A stretch of 32,000 nucleotides of DNA from Candidatus Saccharimonadota bacterium (GCA_965229705.1 OZ245922.1:750001-782000), one strand, 5' to 3'. Shown: positions 12,470-23,216, numbered from the stretch's first letter. The notes: a model not told the origin generated them from the letters alone. Numbers and translations are program-made.

Positions 12470-13410
12470 AATACACTCCGTATTTCTTCTATCACTTCTT
12501 TTTTTCTCTCAGGAGATACCGTTTTAGGGTGCACTTTGATATAGTGGTAGTATTTATCATACTCATATATTCCTGTACATATATCATTCCATCCACAATC
12601 TTTGCATTCAGGAAGTTTGGTATGTTCCCAGTCTCTTTGTCTGATAGATTCTCGTTCATCAAGAAAATGTACAATTCTCTCTTCTTCTTTTACTATTTTT
12701 CGTGTTTCTGTAGATGACCATTCATAGCCTTCGATGAAGCAAAGAGGGACCTTCTCTGCTCTAAATGTTCTTCCAGTAGATGTGAGAAAGGCCATGGCCT
12801 CTCTCAGTGAGTCCGAAAACTCTCAAAAATCAGGAAGTGTACTCCAAGCAGTATCTGTTTTACGCATCATGAGAGGGTCTAGATTGTTCCAAACAAAGTG
12901 CTCTATAGGAGGAAAATGACGAACAAGAAACTTCACTGTTGCATCTAAATGATGCTGATTGTAATGGTTCATTACCGTATTGATTTGTACTCGTATACCG
13001 AGGTTAAGAGCGTGCGTAATCGACTTCATCAGGCGTTTCCACGATCCTGGTGTATCTGTCAAAAAATCATGTATTTGTTCATAACAGGAAAAAACAGAAA
13101 AATGTATAAGTTCCAGTCAAGCATCAGCAAGACGCTTTGTATATTCATAACTTGAACAGAGCATCCCATTGGAAATGATTCTATTGGACATACCAATATC
13201 AAGAGCGTACTCTATCCAGGCTGGTAGGTCTTTTGAAAGAGTTGGTTCTCCTCCTGTAAATATCACACCATGATAGCCTCTCTTTTTAAAATCATCTATG
13301 AGCTCAATACCTTTTTCATAGCTAATACTCTTCCCATTACTTGGATTACTACAAAAATGACACTGATTGTTACAATGCCTATTTACTTGTATGTATCAAA
13401 TATTTGCCAT
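12466..13410 (-). CDS. radical SAM enzyme with a Cys-rich (SPASM/twitch-like) C-terminus, 314 aa (rSAM-1; HxsC candidate)
   Basis: Track ORFs 12466..12795 and 12823..13062 plus the stretch up to the ATG at 13408-13410 are joined in one frame by TGA codons. The N-terminus is MANIGYIQVNRHCNNQCHFC, with CxxxCxxC at 13351-13374. Also present: FTGGEPTL and a C-terminal CKDCGWNDICTGIY. The stop is TAG at 12466-12468. Confidence 0.85.
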
Positions 13411-14959
13411 GAGTAAAGAAAAAAATACCATTTTAAACAGTTTCAGTATAATTCCTCTTATGAATCATCAAAAAAATATTTGAAAAAAAGCAGAGAGTAT
13501 ATCCTTGCTGATACATCTGGGGTATCAAACCCCTCAAACAATATTTATTGATACAGAAAGAAATCTACAAGATCAAATCCAAGACATATTTGAGTCGGAA
13601 AACTACATTGTAAGACCAAGTTTTTATGATGAAGATACTCCTCAAAACTCTCAGGCATGAAAATATAGATCATATTGACCAATAAGTCTCAAGGAACTTC
13701 AAATATTTTTTGAGAAAAATCTGAAGGATATATGCTCTATTTTTTGATGAGAAGAACAAGATTTATGAAGTATCATCCTGCAAGAATTTATCAGCACAAA
13801 TACTTATGGTGTTGGATTTTCTCGAAATCCTGAAAACATACTCTTCTCTTGATGATATGAACTTCATTCATCTTTCAATGGTATTACATCAGGGAAAAAA
13901 TGAGATCAAAAAGGATCATTGTTTCTCGATTATAAAATTCAAAAAACCATTAAACGCTTAGAAATTTCTTTTTGATATCCTCAAGATGTTGAGTTTGCCG
14001 TAAAAAAATGACATATATATATCCTCCAAAGTAGAAATATCACTAGTGGGATAACATCTTTTTCGGAATATGCAAAATTTCAAAAAATGAGCGGAATATT
14101 TCAAAACTTGGATAACGGTGAGTTTTGAAGTGTAGCATATTTTTGAGTATCTTTTTTAGAAAACCTATATCATACACTTATCATTTCGTGAAATATCTTC
14201 TGAAAAAGAAAAAAAAATGGAAAAAAGTATTTAGAGCAAGATATACAAAAATTTCAAAATCTTTATGGCAAATACCTAAGATGGAAAAAAATACACTCTA
14301 TAGGAAGCTTTTTTCTCTTTTTTCAAAAATATGATGTAGATGTGCTCTCAACACTTTATAAAAACTGTGCCTATCAATTTTCTCCCACTATAGCAACACG
14401 CTTTCCTGAGATACAAAAAATATGAAACAATTATAATCTAAAAACTTCTTTGTTATTGCGAAGTGAGTTCCTTAAATATAAGGCTTTTCAGGCTTTAGAG
14501 CCGGTAAAAAAACGTATTCTTCAGGAAAATATATTTTGAGAGGATATAAACTATCTATCATATAAAGAATATCAAGATACATCTATCCATCATGAAGAAA
14601 TTATCAAGCAGAGAAAAAAATCTCATGCTATTCATAAGACATATAGCTCTTATATAGTGATGATTCAATGAAAAATCCAAAAAAAATATAACACATTTCT
14701 ATCAGACAATACAGGTAAAATATGGATATATAGATGAAAGCTTACATGAAAAAAAGTCAGAGATATCAAACAGATAGATATAAAATCAAAAAAGAAGTAT
14801 CTTTTGGAAATACAAAGTCTGGATGGAGATATTTCCAGGTACTTGCCCCGTTTATGATGAGTAATTTTGATAAATGGAAATATGTATTCTCACCACTGCA
14901 TACTTTTGCGAGAACATAGAATACCAAGTTACCTTATTTCTGAAGACTGTGAAAGATAG
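13409..14959 (+). CDS. PEP/pyruvate-binding plus PEP-utilising mobile (swivelling His) domain protein, PEP synthase / rifampicin-phosphotransferase-like, 516 aa
   Basis: I checked the plus frame codon by codon from the ATG at 13409 to the TAG at 14957-14959. It contains more than 25 in-frame TGA codons and no TAA/TAG. PPDK_N-like motifs: VRPSFYDED, GVGFSRNPEN, YPQDVEFAVKKGHIYILQSRNITS. The C-terminal mobile domain reads GGVILINGNMYSHHCILLREHRIPSY, matching the family pattern G..tSHaAI.aRe.giP. Confidence 0.75.
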
Positions 14960-15656
14960 GTTCAATAATTTGACGACATTTCCCTGTATCAAGTCAAGTA
15001 TAAAGTCTTAAATAATCTCATTTCTTGGCAGCTTTAGAGTATGAAATACCAGTGTGGATATAGTATGAGAGAGTGATTCTGCATAGGTGCTTTACATCTT
15101 CATCTGCATAGTAGAAATCTTGTGAGGCAAAGATATTATTGAGAATATATGGAGAGGTTTCATTCAAAGTATTATCTACTTTTGTATCAAACTCATTTAT
15201 AAGCCTCTGAAATTGTATATGAAGTGAGTAAGCTGAAAAAACTAAAGGAACATTAAGTAACAAGATTAAAGCAAGCAAAAAGTAGGTTAAGAGGTATATT
15301 CAAAACTTATACACAAACAATAGACTTAGGACAACCCCAATAAGTAGATAAAAACTTATATTTTGATAATCTAACACCGTATCAAAAAACTGTATATTCA
15401 TAAGTCCCAGTTGATGAGGTCATACGAATAAAATAAGTGCAAGATAGGATAATACAACACTCATACTCAATAATATAAATAAGGTTATTCTCCATCTCAA
15501 AAGTAAACATACAAAAGACGAAGCAAAAACTCCTATTGATATATATACAAGTATAGCAATCTCATATATAAATGGTATCACTCAAAGAAAAGGAATAGCA
15601 TATGTAGTGTTATAGCTAAGAAAAAAAATAAAAATAGAAAGAATAATATATTTCAT
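14934..15656 (-). CDS. hypothetical polytopic integral membrane protein, 240 aa
   Basis: The minus frame runs from the ATG at 15654-15656 to the TAA at 14934-14936 and extends track ORF 15018..15278 through TGA codons. The N-terminal two-thirds is almost entirely hydrophobic helices (MKYIILSIFIFFLSY..., LLALILLLNVPLVF). I recognised no family. Confidence 0.6.
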
Positions 15657-15680
15657 AGGAGTTTATAAAAAATAATAACA

Positions 15681-16961
15681 TTATAATTTTTCTATCGGTT
15701 CAAGTATTTGAAATCCATAGCTTCGCAGAAAGTTTATATGAATTCCTTCACAGTTTTTAAAGTATTTACAAGAGTTGCACCTCAAAGATTTCTTTCGATA
15801 CAGCGTATCTATATACCTGTAAGTATAATCCGAGAGAGAATCCTCTGCTTTGACATCATGATAGTTTTGATATTTTCCTGATCCTCATAAACATTTTGGA
15901 ATATTTATGAGTTTGCCATGCTCTTTTTGTTTTTTCTTCAAAAATGCTCGAAACTCCTCCGGGCTTTCTCCATATGACTCATATACCTCACTTGGAAAAT
16001 TTTTTCATTCTACAATGTAGGCTTTCTCAAAAACTTGCTCCGACTCTTTGAGGTTTTTTAAAAATCAGTGACAAAACTGATGCTGAAAACATACCTCACA
16101 TGCGTCCCCAAAACAGCCTGGTTTTTCTTGTCATTTCGAAAGGATAAATCTCTCAAACATCCTATAGGCTTCTCCCATGATCTCCGACTTAAACTTGCGG
16201 GGGTCTTGTATTAGGTCTTCATATCCTTCAAACGCCTCAGCAGGAAATCTATTAGTCCACATATACATGCCCTCTACTCGTGAAAGACTCCAGGTTCGTA
16301 TAAGCTCATCCTTATAGTCCGCAATCTCATAAAAAAGTTTTTCTTTATTTTGCCTAAATCCTCTCCCAAAAGGAATAATCTGAAGAATATCAAACTCATA
16401 TACTCACAATCGCATAAAAAATGAAATAATATCAGGAAGGTAACGAACATTTGGCTTACAAACTACGATATCAATATTGACAATAACTTCGGGAAAAAAT
16501 TTTCGTATATATATCAATCCTGTAAGAGCTCTCTGAAAAGATCATGGTGCGTCTACGAGATAATCATGGAGTGCAGGGGTATGTCCATGAAAAGAAAATG
16601 TTACTTCCTCGAGTCCTGCGTCCACGACTTTTTTACAAAAGTCATAACTACGGAACATATTTCCATTTGTGACCGTTTGTACTCTATCATACCCAAGTTC
16701 CTTTGCGTAGCGTATATATTGTGGAAACTTTGGGTTGATACTTGCCTCTCCTCAAGAAATGATGACTCGGTTTTCATAACCTGCCTTGTACCCGTCTTTG
16801 ATTTCTTTTTTTACTTGTTCTTCTGAAGGAAATGTCCCATTTTGAGCATCGCTATCAAGACAAAAAACACATTTAACATTACAAGCAGAGGCAATGCGTA
16901 CCCAAATGCGATTTTGTTTTGTTGTGTGTTCTTTGGAGAGAAGATTTTCTTTATAAACCAT
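15681..16961 (-). CDS. radical SAM enzyme with two C-terminal Cys clusters (SPASM-like), about 426 aa (rSAM-2)
   Basis: I walked the frame from 16985 down to the TAA at 15681-15683; all interruptions are TGA. Motifs: ACNVKCVFC (16860-16883), VIIS-G(TGA 16752-16754)-EASINP for the GGE motif, and C-terminal CFGDACEVCFQHQFC and CNSCKYFKNCEG. The start is either the ATG at 16959-16961 or the TTG at 16983-16985. Confidence 0.85.
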
Positions 16962-18258
16962 AGTTTTTCTGTAATAAGAGAACAAATGAGGTATATCATC
17001 ATTTTTCGTTTTCCAAAAGGCTTTTTACATCTATATTTTCTATGAGGAGTCTATCTATAACTTTTGACTGTAAAGGCAAGATGATATCATTGTCTTGAAG
17101 TATTATTTCTCTATGAGGTCCATCATAATATATAAATTTTTTATATCAAATCTCCTCAAAAAAAGAGAGTTCTTCATCAAAGAGTGTATAGTTCTTTTGC
17201 ACAATTGCGAGGAAAAATCTGGCTTTATGAATAGCAAACTTTATTTCTTTTCATTTTCATAATATGTTTTCACAAAGATAGTATTTTGCTTGCTTATAGT
17301 ACCCTTTTCTGAAAAAAAATTTTCATATCCATAAATATATAGTTGCCCTCTGCGAATAAAAAAACTCTTTTCTTCGAGAATAATTTTTTAAGAAAAAGCC
17401 TACTGCTTTCCAATTATGACAATGCAAATAGAGAGCCAGTTCAAAAATAAAAATCCCTTTATTGTTTGGAAAGTATGTATGAGAGAGTTTGATATTTTCT
17501 TGTATTCGTTGGTACACGGCATTTTCTTTCGTCATCATTTCTTTTCGAATATGTGCTTGTTTTTCAACTTGTTCACTATTAAATCAAATGAAATACAGTG
17601 ATCTCACTTTTAAGGCGTAGATTTGTGAAAAAAAGGGATAGATACTACACGCCGTTACTAAATGCTTATATGAAGATAGATGATCTATATGATAAAAACT
17701 TGTATCTACAAATTGTAGCATAGAGCAATAAAATAGATTTTTTTCTGAAAGTTTTTCTCATATGATCGAAATTTTCTCCTGAATCTCTTCAAGATGAATC
17801 GTCAAATAAAATAGTTTTTGAAAAAAAGAAAGTTGGTGAAAAATGATTTTTTCCCTACAAAAAAGTATGTCATAAAGTTTTTTTGTGTATATGTTCACAA
17901 TGGAGGATTGTGATATATGGTTTTTAAACTCTCTTTTGTGTATATCAGTTTGTATCTCAACATATTTCCCCTCTTCACAGTAAGATACAATAGTATAGAA
18001 AAATCTATAGAGTTCTCTTTCTACATTATTTCAAAAAGTATGGTATGAAAATGCGTGATGATGATCTCAGTTAAGATACCTTTCTTCTAGAGAACCTTTT
18101 TTGTATTTTTTTAGCAAAGGACTATTTATATCCAAAAGTGCAGCTTTATCATCAGAGAGACGAACAAGCCTCGTATTTAAAATATGTATAAAAAAGGTGA
18201 AGAAGAGCTCTTCTCATACAAAATCATCTTCACGATTATGAGAAAGCATATCATTCAT
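16951..18258 (-). CDS. hypothetical protein, 435 aa, no recognisable family
   Basis: The minus frame is open from the ATG at 18256-18258 to the TAA at 16951-16953 and contains track ORF 17323..17538. All other interruptions are TGA. The 3' end overlaps the start of rSAM-2, which suggests co-translation within an operon. Confidence 0.6.
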
Positions 18259-18264
18259 GAAACA

Positions 18265-19425
18265 TTATAAGTTTAAATTTTTACTTACACTTTTAAAATT
18301 TAATTCAGGATTTATCTCAAGAGCTTGATCTATATATTCTTTCGATTTTTTTTCATCACCTAAGTTACGCATAGTAGTTCATAGTAAATAGAGTAAATAC
18401 TCATCATCTCCTCCTGTATTTTTATTTGCCATTTCAAAATATGTTTTTGCTTCAGAAAAATTCTTTTTATTAAAGTAATATCTCCCAAGTGCTGACAATA
18501 ATCCAGCATCAGTAGGAAACTTTTCAAGTCCTGAATCAATGAGTTCTTTTGCTTTTGCTAAACTTTTATCCGTATTCTCAGTAATAAGAGGATAAATCTC
18601 TGAGAGCCGTTGATCTATCTCTCTTGACTCAGTATTATGCAGAAGAACATTTTGTAAGTTTTGGTTTTTAGGATCTTTTTCTATTGCTTCTTGTAACCAC
18701 TTTTCTGCTTCGTCATAGCTACTGCGTCATGTGTGCGTAAGATTATGATGTGCAATACCTATACTTTTTATAAGTCGCGGATTCTCCTGTCATCACATCT
18801 CGTATGCCTTTTCAAAGTTTTCCAACGCTCACTCATAATCTCTTTCTTTCATCTGTACGATTCAGAGATTTTCATACGACTCTCATGGATATGATTCTCA
18901 TTGTTCTCCTTTAGCTCTCTCTTGCATATCAAAAGTTAGCGCTTTTTCATGCTTTGGATCAAGTTTCAATATTTTTTGTATATATATTTTTGCATTGTTC
19001 ATATCTCCTATATTCCTATAAACAACAGCGATATTATAGAGTATGTTTGTATTCTGGTCAAAAACAACATCGCTTGTACGAAGAAAAATATTGAGAGCTT
19101 CATCGTATTTCATTTGTTTCATATATAGTTTTCACAAACGAGAAAGGACTCGATGGTTTTGAGGATATTTTTCCGAAAGTGGGAGGAGTATTCCTAGAGC
19201 TTTTTCATACTCTTCTTTTTCCATAAATACTTCCACAATACCAAACTTTTTCTCTATATCATTTATTTCTTCTAGAGAAAGTTCTTGAGGTACAATATCA
19301 GTTATATTATCTACTTCTTGTAGAGAAGTATTTTCTTCAGGCATAATTTCTTCGCTTTTTTCTGTAAAAATATTACACGAAGACAAGAGAAGTATCAGCA
19401 AAAAAAGTGTGGTTTTTTGAAACAT
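18265..19425 (-). CDS. TPR-repeat lipoprotein, 386 aa
   Basis: Track ORFs 19132..19425 and 18898..19122 plus downstream sequence are joined in one frame by TGA codons, ending at the TAA at 18265-18267. The N-terminus MFQKTTLFLLILLLSSC is a lipoprotein signal with a lipobox Cys. TPR-like A/Y/L periodicity recurs (YEKALGILLPL, YDEALNIF, NAKIYIQKILKLDP, YDEAEKWLQEAIEKDP). Confidence 0.8.
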
Positions 19426-19450
19426 ATATTGTTTATAAAAAAGTAAAGTT

Positions 19451-19554
19451 ATGGAAGATATGACAAAAAAATCTTCAATCCACTCTGGCTCTATCGAGCC
19501 ACCTCTCCTTTGAAAAAGGAGAGAAAAAAGGACTTTCTCAGAGCTTCCTTATAA
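19451..19554 (-). repeat. copy 2 of the ~105-bp element (inverted; one arm degenerate)
   Basis: The reverse complement reads TTATAAGGAAGCTCTGAGAAAGTCCTTTTTTCTCTCCTTTTTCAAAGGAGAGGTGGCTCGATAGAGCCAGAGTGGATTGAAGATTTTTTTGTCAT.... Its right end overlaps the last codons and the TAA of rSAM-3 (19549-19551). Confidence 0.75.
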
Positions 19555-20520
19555 TATAATAGGTGTAAATATATCTTGAAACTCTTTTTCTCAAAATTGT
19601 TCTACATATCATTTCCATACTCACTGACAGGCATCTCGATATATGCATTTTTTACAGTGTGGAAACTGCGTTTTGAGAATGTCTTTCTTTCGTTTTTTCC
19701 AATTAAACTCATCCCCAGCATTGATATGGTCAACCTCTACAATATGATCATGATCTTCTCACAAATATTTTCGCGTGAGTTCTCTCCCATTTTTTTTATC
19801 AATAGCATAAAACACACAAGCAGGAATAGTATCAAAAGTGATACGTATATCATATTTTTCAGATATGTATATCAGTTTTTTTATATATGGGATAAAGTCA
19901 GAGTAGGTAATAGCCAGATCATCCCAGTACTCTCTCATATCATCATTGAGCCACATAAAGTTATAACGAATATCCCTCACTGATTTCTGAAAAGCGTAAA
20001 ATATTGCTGCTTCTCCCACAGTCTCGTAGTTCTTTTTATTGACAACATAGTTGATACTCAAGGCATCTTTGAGTAGTCCTTGCCTATGAAGTTCTTGGAG
20101 ATTATCTATTGCCTGCCACTTTCGTTCAAGTCCTCAGGGAACCTGGATGAGGTATTCTTCTACTTGTGGGATATATGAATGTATAGAGAAATTGACTCGC
20201 GTCACTCACGACTCAACAAATTTTCTTGCAAATAGGGGATCATCAAACTTCATGCCATTACTGATAACATTGATACTTGTAAATCCTTCATCTCTTGCAC
20301 ACGAAATAATCTCAAAGATTTTTGGATGTATAGAAATATCTCATCATAAAAATCCTATCGACTCATACCCTTCTGCTGCGTAGCCGGCTATCTTTTCTTG
20401 AAGGATTTCGAGTTTGACAAACTTGATATCCCAAAGCTCTGGTTTAGAACTCATACAAAAACGGCATTTATTATTACACGCCTTTCAAATATTTATCTCT
20501 ATATGCTTGTAGGGATTCAT
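19549..20520 (-). CDS. radical SAM enzyme with a short Cys-rich C-terminus, 323 aa (rSAM-3; HxsC candidate)
   Basis: The frame runs from the ATG at 20518-20520 to the TAA at 19549-19551 and includes track ORF 19759..20061. The N-terminus is MNPYKHIEINIGKACNNKCRFC (CxxxCxxC at 20455-20478). Also present: GFL-G-G(TGA TGA)-DISIHP and a C-terminal CKKCIYRDACQGVW. Confidence 0.85.
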
Positions 20521-20593
20521 ACTTTTTTCACTAAAATATTCCCTATAAGTGTACGAAGTTTACTCTCATCTCTATATTTTTTGAATTTTTTAT

Positions 20594-20622
20594 TTGACAA
20601 AATATATCTATATGTATATAAA
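20594..20622 (+). promoter_or_regulatory. putative sigma70-type promoter for the lipoprotein gene
   Basis: TTGACA at 20594-20599, a 17-nt spacer, then TATAAA at 20617-20622, preceded by a T-rich TTTTATTTGACA context. It lies inside a ~60-bp block (20541-20599) that is duplicated at 24254-24311. Confidence 0.45.
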
Positions 20623-20661
20623 TACTCCTGCAGAATAATTTATTCTTTAAATATTTTTATT

Positions 20662-21087
20662 ATGATGCAAGTAAATAGTCATTTAGGTGTTAACGAAAGT
20701 GCAAAAACACAAAGATCTCCTGTATATTGAATTGCTCATGCTGTAATAATAGCTGCTACTGCAATTCTTGCTACTTGATGTTCATCAGCTCCAGCAAACA
20801 CTGGTCAAGAAACTGTACTATCTGTAATAGAGGAATGACAACAATTTAAAAATTGGCCAACATTAGATAGATTCGGTCAATGTGAGTTCGACGATGAGCC
20901 TGAATATTATCAAAGACTGTGAGGAATGAGTACTAGATCAGAGCTAGAAGCTTATTATGAAGAAAATTGATGGGCTTTAAAACCTTGAGGTTACTGACAG
21001 CTTGTATTGAAGGTTTTGAAAAATGATCGTTTAACAGAAGCGGATAAGAGATCTCTCAGCTGTATCACTCTTGCGGGTTCAAATTAA
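20662..21087 (+). CDS. small lipoprotein, 141 aa, unknown function
   Basis: From ATGATG at 20662 to the TAA at 21085-21087, with 9 in-frame TGA codons. The lipobox is AILAT-G(TGA 20776-20778)-C-SSAP. The rest is acidic/aromatic (QCEFDDEPEYYQRLGG...EAYYEENGW). Confidence 0.7.
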
Positions 21088-21095
21088 AGTGTCAC

Positions 21096-21202
21096 TTAAG
21101 GAGACTCTGAGAAACTCATTCTTTCTCTCCTTTTACAAAGGAGAGATGGCTCGTTAGAGACAGAGTGGATTAGAAATTTTTTGTTTTTCAAGGTCTCCTT
21201 AA
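21096..21202 (+). repeat. copy 3 of the ~105-bp element (most complete copy)
   Basis: TTAAGGAGACTCTGAGAAACTCATTCTTTCTCTCCTTTTACAAAGGAGAGATGGCTCGTTAGAGACAGAGTGGATTAGAAATTTTTTGTTTTTCAAGGTCTCCTTAA. The terminal inverted repeats are TTAAGGAGAC...GTCTCCTTAA. The central perfect hairpin is TCTCTCCTTT-tac-AAAGGAGAGA. It lies between convergent gene ends. Confidence 0.8.
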
Positions 21203-21284
21203 AAAATATTTATCATACCCCTACATTGAGGTGGAGATTTTATATTATCGCTAAAGTCATTGCGTATATATAAAAGAAATCTTG

Positions 21285-21812
21285 TTATCTACCTCTTGTG
21301 TGTTGGTCTTTTCAACTTGATGAACTCCCATGACTCCCGTGTGAACCATGACTTCCGTGTGAACCATGTGATCAGTGAGATCAGTGACTCCCATGACTTC
21401 CATGGCTTCCATGTGATCAGTGACTCCCATGACTTCCATGTGATCAGTGACTACAGTGTCCTACAGGTGTCGCTGTTGCCGTAGGCTGAGCATTAAAATG
21501 TCCATTCACGATACCGCTTGAATGTGCTATAGAAAGGTTACATCACAGATTATAATTTCGATTTGATCCAGGATAACACACAGGAGTTGCACCTCATCAT
21601 CTATTTCCACTAAAGTGACCATACACTTCGGGTTCATTTATAGGATTAGCATATGAGTTACACTTTGGAAGCGCCGCATCTGCAAGCTCAATTCATCAAA
21701 GTAGCAGTCAGGCAGCTCCTATACCAAAAGCATCTTTTTTTGTGACTTTTCCACTCTCATCGGTGAGAAACTGTGAAAGTTTGAGTTTTATTTTTGGGAT
21801 TTTATTTTTCAT
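21285..21812 (-). CDS. hxsA: His-Xaa-Ser repeat protein (HxsA-like), 175 aa, ending in HCS followed by 14 HGS
   Basis: The minus frame from the ATG at 21810-21812 to the TAA at 21285-21287 contains 11 in-frame TGA codons. Translation: MKNKIPKIKLKLSQFLTDESGKVTKKDAFGIGAAGLLLGGIELADAALPKCNSYANPINEPEVYGHFSGNRGGGATPVCYPGSNRNYNLGCNLSIAHSSGIVNGHFNAQPTATATPVGHCS-(HGS)x14-SSSGKDQHTRGR. It lies 9 nt downstream of the HxsB-like gene on the same strand. Confidence 0.85.
21324..21458 (-). repeat. 15 x 9-nt coding tandem repeat (His-Xaa-Ser units)
   Basis: There are 15 consecutive CAY-(TGT/TGA/GGN)-(TCN/AGY) units. Gly is encoded by TGA in 4 units and by GGA/GGG/GGT in 10. Synonymous codons are mixed for all three positions. 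Confidence 0.9.
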
Positions 21813-21821
21813 GAGGTATTG

Positions 21822-23216
21822 TTAAAAAGCATAAGTAATCCATCGAGAAAAAAGTTTTTTTGCAAAATCATCATTTTCCAGTTTATCAAAGATATAGTCT
21901 AAAATTCATAACTGAAGCTTCATTTTTTGGTCTTCCATCATCGGAGAAAAGAGTGACTGATTTGTCTGAAAATTATGAATAATATCTACTCCAAGATATG
22001 GTTTATAAACATGGTCATTGTATCCAGGAAGTCCATCGAGACAACTCGATTGTACGGCTATCTTTGTAATAGGACTCGACATCATCGCTTTATAACTTTC
22101 TGCTCAATTTTCTTTGAGTTCTGTCATCAAAAAGTCTTCTATTCCCATTCGCCCTAACATGCGAGACTCATCACTTGCATAAATTTTCCCATCATAATTG
22201 TATGCCACTCACCCCACAGCAATACCACTCGGACTTCGTATATCCATAAATGCAGGATCAATATCATTAAATATCTTCATCAGGTACACAGAAGTGATTT
22301 GCTCTCTAAAGTCTTTTCACTGCTTGTTCAACTCTAAAATATAATCCATAGATTTTGTATAAAACTCCAGCCATTCATCTGCGGTATATGCCAATTTTTT
22401 CATATCTGCTGCGGCAAAACCATAAGGATTGAGCCATCTCAGAAAAATACCATCAAGTCATATATCCAAATAACTGTTAATAAGTCTTTGATATTCTGGA
22501 AGATTCTTCTTGGTTACCGTCATGAGAGCCCCTATCTTTGATCTCCCTTCTTTTTGTTTTCTGGCATTGATATGTTTGATCCAATAAGTAACTTTTTCAA
22601 AGCTATTTCCCTGAAAACCCGAACGATTCATATTATGATGTTGTTCATCGCCATCAAGGCTGGTACAGATAGAAATATTTCTCTCTAGGAGCCAATCCAG
22701 CTTTTCGTGAGTCATCAGTGTGAGATTACTCACGAGAGCAAAGCTCAGATTTTTTTGGAGATATTGAGCTCGAATGCTGGCATATTCAACAACAAATTGC
22801 AAAACTTCCCAATTTACCAGTGGTTCTCCTCACTGAAACTCTATGGTAATATTTTGTGCATTGGTATGAAGTATAGTATCAACGCATCTTTGCGCCGTCT
22901 CTTGCGTCATATCCAAGCCCTTTGCCGACATAGGTGCTACCGCTGCATGACAATACTGACAATGATGATTGCAACGAAGCGTCAGCACCATCATATGAAG
23001 AGCAGGTCATTGTCCTACAAAATGACTTTTTGCACCATAGGCTCTTGTCATCCATCTCTCATAATCTGGAGTTTTGATAAAGCCTTTTGCAACAAGGTCT
23101 TCGTAAGCATCAAGTTTTTCGAGAGTATTTCATGTAAGAAATGTTTCAAAATCTTGAGCAGATAAAAAATGAAATCGTCATGCGTCATTTGTGAGGAGAT
23201 ATGATCATGACATCAT
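21822..23216 (-). CDS. hxsB: radical SAM maturase, HxsB-like, 464 aa (rSAM-4)
   Basis: I walked the frame from ATGATG at 23211-23216 to the TAA at 21822-21824; it includes track ORF 22458..22802. Motifs: LTLRCNHHCQYCHA (Cys codons 22950-22973) and IEFQ-G(TGA 22830-22832)-GEPLV. It has the long N-terminal pre-domain and the size typical of the larger of the paired Hxs radical SAM proteins, and it sits directly upstream of the HGS-repeat gene. Confidence 0.8.

Noticed and set aside
19576-19983. Plus-strand 135-aa ORF and similar plus-strand ORFs (10039..10392, 2951..3337, 3561..3890, 11176..11496)
   Set aside because: Each lies antisense or off-frame to a longer table-25 ORF with recognisable motifs (rSAM-3, the giant protein, the A24 peptidase). 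They have hydrophobic, low-complexity translations with no independent support.
21096-21202. Reading the ~105-bp repeats simply as rho-independent terminators, or as carrying a conserved mini-ORF (AGGAGAG-ATG-GCT-CGN-TAG)
   Set aside because: In neither orientation is the 10-bp hairpin followed directly by a U-tract (TGGCTCG in one direction, A-run in the other). Copies also lie between divergent gene starts, where no terminator is needed. The ATG abuts the SD-like string with no spacing and is lost in copy 2 (GTG), so the mini-ORF is unlikely to be real. A terminator or insulator role for the whole element is not excluded.
21257-21484. Track ORFs 21257..21439 (-) and 21260..21484 (+), with odd repeats (MEVMGVTD..., SHDFHVISD...); also the possibility of a CRISPR or VNTR array
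   Set aside because: These are off-frame and antisense shadows of the 9-nt-periodic HGS coding repeat. The units are contiguous with no spacers, and they vary synonymously, so this is a coding repeat. It is not a CRISPR array.
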